Under the pieces are notes generated by a model. It was not told where the DNA came from. It made no database searches and saw only the letters and a list, made by a program, of their open reading frames with translations. A stretch of 64,000 nt of DNA from a virus (taxonomy: Duplodnaviria; Caudoviricetes): the IMG/VR virus record IMGVR_UViG_3300031088_000758; one strand, given 5' to 3'. This document shows, piece by piece, positions 58,203-64,000 of this stretch. Within the stretch, counting starts at the first letter, position 1. Every line of letters begins with the position of its first letter. The translations under genes were made by a program, and so were the position numbers.

Positions 58203-58579
58203 TGTTCTACCTCTTCTTCGTTGTGGAAAGATTTACCAGCCAAAGGAAGGCGTGACAATAATCTCCGATTAGCTGTATGTGGTACAAACGCTAAAGAGGT
58301 GATTGAGTAATTTAAATCAGGTTCTCGGAAACATATAACATCGAGTTTTTTGTTTTGCGCTTCTTCATATAATTCTACAAGGGATTTTTCATCTTGTGTT
58401 TCAAGCGCAACTATATATTGGCTATTATTGTGCCATTTTGAGAATTCATTTGGTCTATAAATAGAAAAATCAGCGATAGCATGACTTATCTGAGCGATTT
58501 TATAGCCAGAAGTCAGATCACTGTGTGTAATTAAGTAGAGGGGTAATCTTGATTTGTTAGATTCGTAAGCCTAGGTCAT
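58199..58579 (-). CDS. PTH2-family peptidyl-tRNA hydrolase with in-frame TAG at codon 3 (not in ORF track)
   Basis: AAAGGA SD, then ATG ACC TAG, then open to TGA: MT*AYESNKSRLPLYLITHSDLTSGYKIAQISHAIADF...YIVALE...CFREPDLNYSITSLAF...LSRLPL; 127 codons including stop. Confidence 0.85.
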
Positions 58580-58634
58580 TTTGAGTATTTCCTTTTCAGT
58601 AGTGTTAGTGTTTAGTGAAAATATTTTATTTTCG

Positions 58635-58706
58635 TGCTTCTGGTCAGAATTGAACTGACTAATAGCGGGTTTAGAGTCCGCTGCTTATCCATTTAGCATC
58701 AGAAGC
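58635..58706 (-). tRNA. tRNA with CUA anticodon (amber suppressor); CCA not encoded
   Basis: GCTTCTG-AT-GCT AAATGGATA AGC-A-GCGGA CTCTAAA CCCGC-TATTA-GTCAG TTCAATT CTGAC-CAGAAGC-A; perfect acceptor and T stems. Confidence 0.9.
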
Positions 58707-58741
58707 ATAGTAAAAAATGCCATTTTTAACATCTTTTACTA

Positions 58742-58770
58742 ATTATATCAAAAGATTATTTATTTGTCAA
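58742..58770 (-). promoter_or_regulatory. Perfect consensus sigma70 promoter for the tRNA-pth operon
   Basis: TTGACA-17 nt-TATAAT with extended TG. Confidence 0.85.
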
Positions 58771-58773
58771 ATA

Positions 58774-59337
58774 TCAAGCCATGGATCCTAGTATGATAAT
58801 AAATACAAAGAAAACAAACCATAGAACTATAAAGAATAACTGAATACCAGAAACAATCAAGCCTACTAGCGAAAGTGTTTTTCCAGTAGAATCATTAGTG
58901 TTTTTTGATTCGTTATATCCCATCCAAGAAAGTATTAATCCTACTGGAAAGAATATAAAGCTGAATATTAAGCCTAATAATGCTTTAATATTCAGTTCTT
59001 GGTTTGGAGCACTATAGCTTGAAGAGTAGGAACTCGAAGCCGTTCCTGGCTGTGTCCATTCTGGCGCGTTGTATTGTGCCTGTGGCGGGTTTTCTTCGTA
59101 TGGGTCAGAAGAAGGGCTATTATGGCTTGTAGGCTCGTTTTGAGAGGTATGAGAAGTCTCTGGTGAAGAACCTATACTATCTGAATAATTGTCAGGGTAA
59201 GAATTCGGTTGTACATAAGATGGTGCTGAATTCGCTGAGCTAAACATTTCATTATCATAATTTGGTAAATTTTGAGGAGTATGATTTTCTTTATTCGTGC
59301 TCTCACCATTGTTGTTATATGTATTGGGTTGTGTCAT
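58774..59337 (-). CDS. DUF4190-like membrane protein
   Basis: P/S/Y-rich N-terminus; ALLGLIFSFIFFPVGLILSWMG...GKTLSLVGLIVS. Confidence 0.75.
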   Translation of the reverse strand: MTQPNTYNNNGESTNKENHTPQNLPNYDNEMFSSANSAPSYVQPNSYPDNYSDSIGSSPETSHTSQNEPTSHNSPSSDPYEENPPQAQYNAPEWTQPGTASSSYSSSYSAPNQELNIKALLGLIFSFIFFPVGLILSWMGYNESKNTNDSTGKTLSLVGLIVSGIQLFFIVLWFVFFVFIIILGSMA

Positions 59338-59387
59338 ATATTCCTCCTTAATTGATTATAAAGTTATGTTTTGTAATATCTTTAAAA

Positions 59388-59717
59388 TCAATTATATTCG
59401 CCAATGTAGTCTTCTTTGTTGATTTTTTCAATTTCATTCAGGTTTTTTCGAGAATTATTGTTTAATTCTTTAAACTCTTCTATTAATTGAATTGCTGTTG
59501 CCTTAATATCTGAAGGTTGAGTTACCTCTAGCAAACTATCAGTCATATAATTGCTTGTTCTTGTATTATAGAATTCGGGCAATGGTCTGGGAATAATCGC
59601 ACTGAGGATAGCTTCTTTTGTGTCATTCCTCCGTAGCGACATGATCAACCATCCTTTGCCAAAATTCTCTATTTTAAAATAATGGTTTTCTGGTGGTTTT
59701 TCAATTACTAATTGCAT
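59388..59717 (-). CDS. Hypothetical protein
   Basis: ORF after an AAAGGA SD (MQLVIEK...). Confidence 0.55.
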   Translation of the reverse strand: MQLVIEKPPENHYFKIENFGKGWLIMSLRRNDTKEAILSAIIPRPLPEFYNTRTSNYMTDSLLEVTQPSDIKATAIQLIEEFKELNNNSRKNLNEIEKINKEDYIGEYN

Positions 59718-59728
59718 TTTTCGTCCTT

Positions 59729-60469
59729 TCATGATGATTGGCGAAGTGGTGGATAAATTTCTTTAGCATTACCTGCTTTGTAAAGTTGAGATTCTCTGCC
59801 ACCTTCAATTTTTGATGAACGTTTGTCATCAACGGATTCAAGTAAGTGAGGAACGCTTTGGATTTTTCGTCTAAAGTTGCTTGGAACAATTTTTTCGCCC
59901 CAGACGATTTCGTATACTTTTCTAAGTTCGCTAATTGTAAAAGTATCATCATCTAAGAAATGGTGAGCCACAGGTGCGTACTCAATTTTTGATCTGACTC
60001 GGTTTAGTCCATCTTCTATAATTGTTTTATGGTCAAATGCTAATTCAAAATCTTCAAGAACGTCTTCCACAGCAAAGAAACGCGCTTCATCAGCATCATC
60101 TCCAGCTTTAGGTGTGCTAGCATGAGGAATAAGAGCTACATAGGCTGTTGATATGACGTATCCACGAGGATCCCGAACTGGGCTTCCGTATGTCTTTAAT
60201 TGTTCAAGATATCCATCAGCAATTTTTAAATTAGTTTCTTCGACTAATTCACGAGCAGCAGCTTCATCGAGATTTTCTTTTGTATCTACAAAACCACCAG
60301 GTAATGCCCATTTTCCTTTGTGTGGATGTCCTCCGCGCTTTACAAGAAGTATAGATAGTTGATTATTCCTGATTGTAAAGATAGCAAGATCAACAGTACC
60401 AGCAATAGTAGGATATTTGCTCATATCGTAATTTTTAAGAAACTCTTCTTCTGTGATTTCGGTGTTCAT
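59729..60469 (-). CDS. nrtR: NrtR-type Nudix hydrolase / winged-helix regulator
   Basis: WALPGGFV...AAARELVEETNL Nudix box, EQLKTY...RDPR, LAFDH, FTISELRKVYE...NFRRK. Confidence 0.88.
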   Translation of the reverse strand: MNTEITEEEFLKNYDMSKYPTIAGTVDLAIFTIRNNQLSILLVKRGGHPHKGKWALPGGFVDTKENLDEAAARELVEETNLKIADGYLEQLKTYGSPVRDPRGYVISTAYVALIPHASTPKAGDDADEARFFAVEDVLEDFELAFDHKTIIEDGLNRVRSKIEYAPVAHHFLDDDTFTISELRKVYEIVWGEKIVPSNFRRKIQSVPHLLESVDDKRSSKIEGGRESQLYKAGNAKEIYPPLRQSS

Positions 60470-60499
60470 TGTAATTCTCCGTATCTTCGATTTATCTGA

Positions 60500-61024
60500 T
60501 CAGTATACTTTAGTTTTGTTAATAATATTGTCTTTGTTTAAAATCCAGAAATTTGCTTGTATGTATCGAGATTTTTCAACTTTAAAAATTCTTTTCCATG
60601 ATTCTTCTTTAAGGTTTCCAGTAAGATTGAAATAATATTCGAAGGATTCTTCATCATCCTCATTTTCTGGGATACCTATGTCGTTTAACACATAATGCCA
60701 TTTGTCAAAGTCAGATAATAAAACTTCTTTATCAGGTATTTCAACTTCTAATATGTAATCATTTTTTGTCAAATTTTTGTAATATGAAGTTCTTCTATCT
60801 ATTTTATAAGGTTTTCCACGATAAGTGTGCCATGCCCATATAGGATAGGTTATTTCTTCGTTGCTTTTGGGAATTGAAGAATTCATTATTTTGGATAACC
60901 ATTTATAAGAGTTTTCAAATTCGCATTCTTGAATAAGTTCTGATTTTTCTGGATCACATATGAAATAATTCTTTTCATCAATTTCTTGAATTACTGCTTC
61001 GGGTTGAATAGTGAATAGTCTCAT
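60500..61024 (-). CDS. DUF3841-like protein
   Basis: LFTIQP, YPIWAW, VLLSDFDKWHYVLN, SWKRIF, IQANFW. Confidence 0.75.
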   Translation of the reverse strand: MRLFTIQPEAVIQEIDEKNYFICDPEKSELIQECEFENSYKWLSKIMNSSIPKSNEEITYPIWAWHTYRGKPYKIDRRTSYYKNLTKNDYILEVEIPDKEVLLSDFDKWHYVLNDIGIPENEDDEESFEYYFNLTGNLKEESWKRIFKVEKSRYIQANFWILNKDNIINKTKVY

Positions 61025-61206
61025 TCTAAACCTCCGTCATCAATACCTTTCCAGTAGGGTATTGATGATTGCGATTTTATTTCTTCATGCCATTTTATAT
61101 GTTGTTTTCGAGCGGGAGTTATTGATCCACATATCAAACATATGAACAGCTTAGTTTCTTTCTCCGTTTTTGGGTTTATCTTAGGAAGTTCTTTAAACTC
61201 AACCAT
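61021..61206 (-). CDS. Small Zn-finger-like protein
   Basis: CLICGS...HIKWH. Confidence 0.55.
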   Translation of the reverse strand: MVEFKELPKINPKTEKETKLFICLICGSITPARKQHIKWHEEIKSQSSIPYWKGIDDGGLE

Positions 61207-61221
61207 ATCACAATCACAACC

Positions 61222-61767
61222 TTATTCGTTATTCATTTTCCTATTATCATCAATTTTTTGTTGAATCTCTTTGTAGATTTCAGGATCAAATTCAGGAATA
61301 TTTAATTCATGGTTTTTGAAAATATTAGTTCTTTCTTCCATTATAAGTATTTCTTCATGTGCTTTTTGTACATTGTTAGCAAGCTCAAAAGATTGTCCAA
61401 AGTTTCCTTCGTTAACGTATTTAGTGTATTGCGCGAATACTTCATTAAAATTATTCAATGTTTTTTCAGAGTCAAGTTTAGGGTCATAATTGATATGAAT
61501 CAAAACTTGTTTAACAGCGTCTTCTTTTACCCCAGAAGCACCATTCGGTAGTCTTACTATTTGTTCTAGTCCATGTTTTGCAATTAGTGGTTTGAGAAGG
61601 TGTGGAAAATTAGTTTCTTCATTTGGAAAAGTATCAATGTTTACACCTATCCATCCACAGGAACAAGAAGGATGGTATTGAGGAGGTTCTCCCCATCCAA
61701 GTACATTTATAACTGCTTTGTGCTGAGAATCGTTGCTTATGTATTCATTGTTGGACATTTTTACCAT
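61222..61767 (-). CDS. Hypothetical protein
   Basis: CSCGW motif; AAGGA SD. Confidence 0.6.
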   Translation of the reverse strand: MVKMSNNEYISNDSQHKAVINVLGWGEPPQYHPSCSCGWIGVNIDTFPNEETNFPHLLKPLIAKHGLEQIVRLPNGASGVKEDAVKQVLIHINYDPKLDSEKTLNNFNEVFAQYTKYVNEGNFGQSFELANNVQKAHEEILIMEERTNIFKNHELNIPEFDPEIYKEIQQKIDDNRKMNNE

Positions 61768-61789
61768 CCTTCTTGTTCCTGTTTTATGC

Positions 61790-62365
61790 TCAGATTACTT
61801 TAATGCCGTTTTCAGGAAGATCGTAATCTAATGAGTTATCCACTCGATCTGAATCAATCCCCACAGTATAATCAGACCAAACAGTTGTATTAAATCCTTC
61901 TTGAGCTGCATCAAGAGCTGTAGCTTTTACACAATGCTCAGTAGCAATTCCTACAACAGTTACATCAGATACTTCAAGGACACGAAGAACTTCGGTTAGA
62001 GTTTGTCCCTCTACTGTCTGTCCCTCAAATCCTGAGTAAGCAGCTTCGTACATTCCTTTACGAATATTGATATGAGGAACAGATTCTAAAGCCTTCTGTA
62101 AAACTGGCACAATTTCTGAGCCTTTTTCTTCGGCAACACAATGAACCGGCCAGGTGTCCACAAAATCAGGATTCTCGGAGAAATGTGTTCCTGGGTCAAT
62201 ATGCCAGTCTTGAGTAACTACAATGTGATCAAACATCTTTTGGAAAGTGTGAGGAACTTTGTCTGCTAAACGCTCAGCAACAAGTGTTCCACCATCAACA
62301 GCCAATGAACCACCCTCAACAAAATCATTTTGGACATCTACAATAATAAGCGCATTTTTAGTCAT
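61790..62365 (-). CDS. pncA: Nicotinamidase
   Basis: VDVQNDF, DWH, WPVHC, K, GIATEHCV. Confidence 0.93.
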   Translation of the reverse strand: MTKNALIIVDVQNDFVEGGSLAVDGGTLVAERLADKVPHTFQKMFDHIVVTQDWHIDPGTHFSENPDFVDTWPVHCVAEEKGSEIVPVLQKALESVPHINIRKGMYEAAYSGFEGQTVEGQTLTEVLRVLEVSDVTVVGIATEHCVKATALDAAQEGFNTTVWSDYTVGIDSDRVDNSLDYDLPENGIKVI

Positions 62366-62415
62366 GATAATTTATCTCCTTTTTAAATTAAACAATAATA
62401 TATTTTTATATTTTC

Positions 62416-62640
62416 TTACATTTCTTCGATGTAGTCATCCATATAAGACCTAAGCAAACTCAAATCAGAACGTAAATTTTCGTATTTTTCTGTAATTTGT
62501 TTAACAAGTTCAAAGAATTCTGGGTTCTCTTCTTCTTCAAGCATTGTATGATTCATACCGTATTCTGTAAAACCATAATCTATACCTTCATATTCAAGTT
62601 TGCTACAGAAGTCTCGAACACTCATCTTTGCATCATTCAT
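62416..62640 (-). CDS. Small hypothetical protein
   Basis: 74 aa, GGAG SD, ATGA overlap. Confidence 0.6.
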   Translation of the reverse strand: MNDAKMSVRDFCSKLEYEGIDYGFTEYGMNHTMLEEEENPEFFELVKQITEKYENLRSDLSLLRSYMDDYIEEM

Positions 62641-63170
62641 TGAGTCAGCCTCTCCTTCGTCCAGTCAATAATCTTTACAATATCCTTTTTAGTAAGCCCC
62701 ACACGTCCATTCGTATGAATAATTAATGGTAGCTCCCTAAAATGACCTCTGATGTAATCACCCCAGAAGAAAGGTGCTAAATCATCAATCCAAATAAAAG
62801 GACGAGGGTTTTTAGCTTGATCTTCTAGAATATATTCAGCTTTCCAACGAGTCCACTCCATCTTGCTTCCAGCATCTTTGTTAAGAACTGCTTCAGTGTG
62901 TTCAGAAAGGTTCTTAAATCCCATGATTTCTGAAGCTTGTACAATGTTGCTACCATCATTCCAAGTAGTATGCCAAACAAAATCATACAAACCTGTTTCC
63001 AGTAGTTCAGACATGCTCTTCACAACCTCTGGATTCCACTTGATTTCATCCTTGTTTCGTAGAAAATGACTATTTTCAATTTCAATGGTTGCTGAAGCGG
63101 TTGCTGAACTATCAGAAACGTTAAAGACACCATCAAAATCAGAATAAATAACAATCTTAGCAGATTTCAT
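62637..63170 (-). CDS. HAD-superfamily phosphatase (RNA-repair-like HAD)
   Basis: DFDGVFN, WHTTW, WK, WIDD, GLT. Confidence 0.8.
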   Translation of the reverse strand: MKSAKIVIYSDFDGVFNVSDSSATASATIEIENSHFLRNKDEIKWNPEVVKSMSELLETGLYDFVWHTTWNDGSNIVQASEIMGFKNLSEHTEAVLNKDAGSKMEWTRWKAEYILEDQAKNPRPFIWIDDLAPFFWGDYIRGHFRELPLIIHTNGRVGLTKKDIVKIIDWTKERLTQ

Positions 63171-63208
63171 TTTTTAAATCCTAACATTTTAAAATTACGT
63201 ATGAAAGG

Positions 63209-63238
63209 ATTATAACATTAATTAGAGTTAAAAGTCAA
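63209..63238 (-). promoter_or_regulatory. sigma70-type promoter
   Basis: TTGACT-18 nt-TATAAT with extended TG. Confidence 0.6.
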
Positions 63239-63289
63239 ACTGATTATTAGGATTATATGTTGTTAAAATCGAACTGAACAGTTTCAACA

Positions 63290-63493
63290 TCATCTTCCAT
63301 AATAACCATCCGCTTTTTCGATTTTTATTGAAGTGTACCACTCACCTTCTCTGTCTTTAACCAATATAGCTTTGGTTGTACTATTTAAATCAACTGTAAC
63401 AGATGAAATTGAAGAATCTGTTTCTTTCAGCTTTTGTGCAGTATTTAAAAGGTTCTCAATTTGATCTATTGTAATCTTCCCTGAATCATTCAT
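63290..63493 (-). CDS. Small hypothetical protein
   Basis: 67 aa, overlaps the pncB stop. Confidence 0.55.
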   Translation of the reverse strand: MNDSGKITIDQIENLLNTAQKLKETDSSISSVTVDLNSTTKAILVKDREGEWYTSIKIEKADGYYGR

Positions 63494-64000
63494 TGTTGTC
63501 TTCTCCTAACAAAGTAGCCTCAAAAGCGCTTTCTCCGGCTGATGTGAGCTTTGCTTTTAGTGGCAAAGTATCTAATGTTTCTTTATGTAATTTTCTTGAT
63601 TCTTCAATTGTCGGAATATGAAAGTTTCCATTTTCTGCATAAACAATCTGTAATTTTTTGATTGTTTCAGTTTCTTCAATTTCATTAAAAGTGAAAAATT
63701 CTTCAAGAATGATTCCATTAGAATCATACTTACGGTAAGCGTTTTTAAATCCGCCTACTGATTTTTTCCCACTAGCTTTTTTGGCTACTGGTGTCATGTT
63801 CCCTGATTCATCTTCTCTTTCAACTAATTTAAAAACCATTCCAGCAGTAGGATGCCCTGATCCGGTCACAACACGTGTTCCAGCACCTACTTTATCTACT
63901 GGTGTTCCATTGTCTAAAAGTTCAGAAATAGTGAATTCGTCAATGTCTGAAGAAAGTACAATTTTAGTATTCACAGCACCAAGTTCATCAAGGAGTTTTC
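63486..64000 (-). CDS. pncB: Nicotinate phosphoribosyltransferase, C-terminal part (5' end outside the window)
   Basis: KIVLSSDIDE, GAGTRVVTGSGHPTAGMVFKLV, VAKKASGKKSVGG. Confidence 0.88.
   Translation of the reverse strand, partial: KLLDELGAVNTKIVLSSDIDEFTISELLDNGTPVDKVGAGTRVVTGSGHPTAGMVFKLVEREDESGNMTPVAKKASGKKSVGGFKNAYRKYDSNGIILEEFFTFNEIEETETIKKLQIVYAENGNFHIPTIEESRKLHKETLDTLPLKAKLTSAGESAFEATLLGEDNNE

Noticed and set aside
58199-58579. pth as a simple nonsense pseudogene
   Set aside because: Not excluded but disfavoured: the rest of the frame, the SD and the downstream ATGA coupling are intact, and the cognate suppressor sits directly upstream.
58635-58706. True pyrrolysine tRNA, or tRNA-Arg(UCU) in a shifted register
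   Set aside because: It has canonical D-loop GG and TTC T-loop and there are no pyl genes in the window; stem pairing centres the loop on CTA, not TCT.
2574-63069. Short antisense or overlapping ORFs in the track (e.g. 6310-6735, 30568-30990, 31536-31826, 58104-58310)
   Set aside because: They are shadows of real genes or promoter regions, without SD or motifs.
1-64000. Genome-wide TAG reassignment (alternative genetic code)
   Set aside because: All long conserved genes are intact in code 11; only pth shows an in-frame TAG.

Overview
AT-rich (roughly one-third GC by eye), gene-dense segment that reads as the replication/metabolism arm of a very large bacteriophage. The host is probably actinobacterial, judged from NrdE, PncA/PncB, NrtR, a class A PBP with PASTA domain and a small DUF7455-like protein. 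No virion genes lie in the window, so a megaplasmid or phage-plasmid is not excluded. It encodes type IIA topoisomerase B/A subunits, RecA, RecX, RecG, DnaB with a class 3 intein, a DnaC-like loader, a beta clamp, class Ib NrdE, two dNMP-kinase paralogues, an RNA ligase, a MoxR/VWA pair, a Clp-type ATPase, envelope enzymes, an NAD salvage block, several zinc-ribbon-repeat endonucleases, an IS607-type tnpB-only element inserted at GG, and 15 long perfect inverted repeats. The main discovery is missing from the ORF track, at 56.5-58.8 kb on the minus strand. A consensus sigma70 promoter drives an amber (CUA) suppressor tRNA. Directly after it lies a PTH2-type peptidyl-tRNA hydrolase gene whose third codon is TAG (ATG ACC TAG), coupled by ATGA overlaps to three downstream genes. 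None of the 59 gene ends I checked uses TAG. This looks like a dedicated amber-readthrough switch rather than genome-wide recoding. Secondary finds are a shared His/Cys N-terminal tag on three unrelated proteins and an RBS-sequestering hairpin with a candidate promoter motif in its loop.
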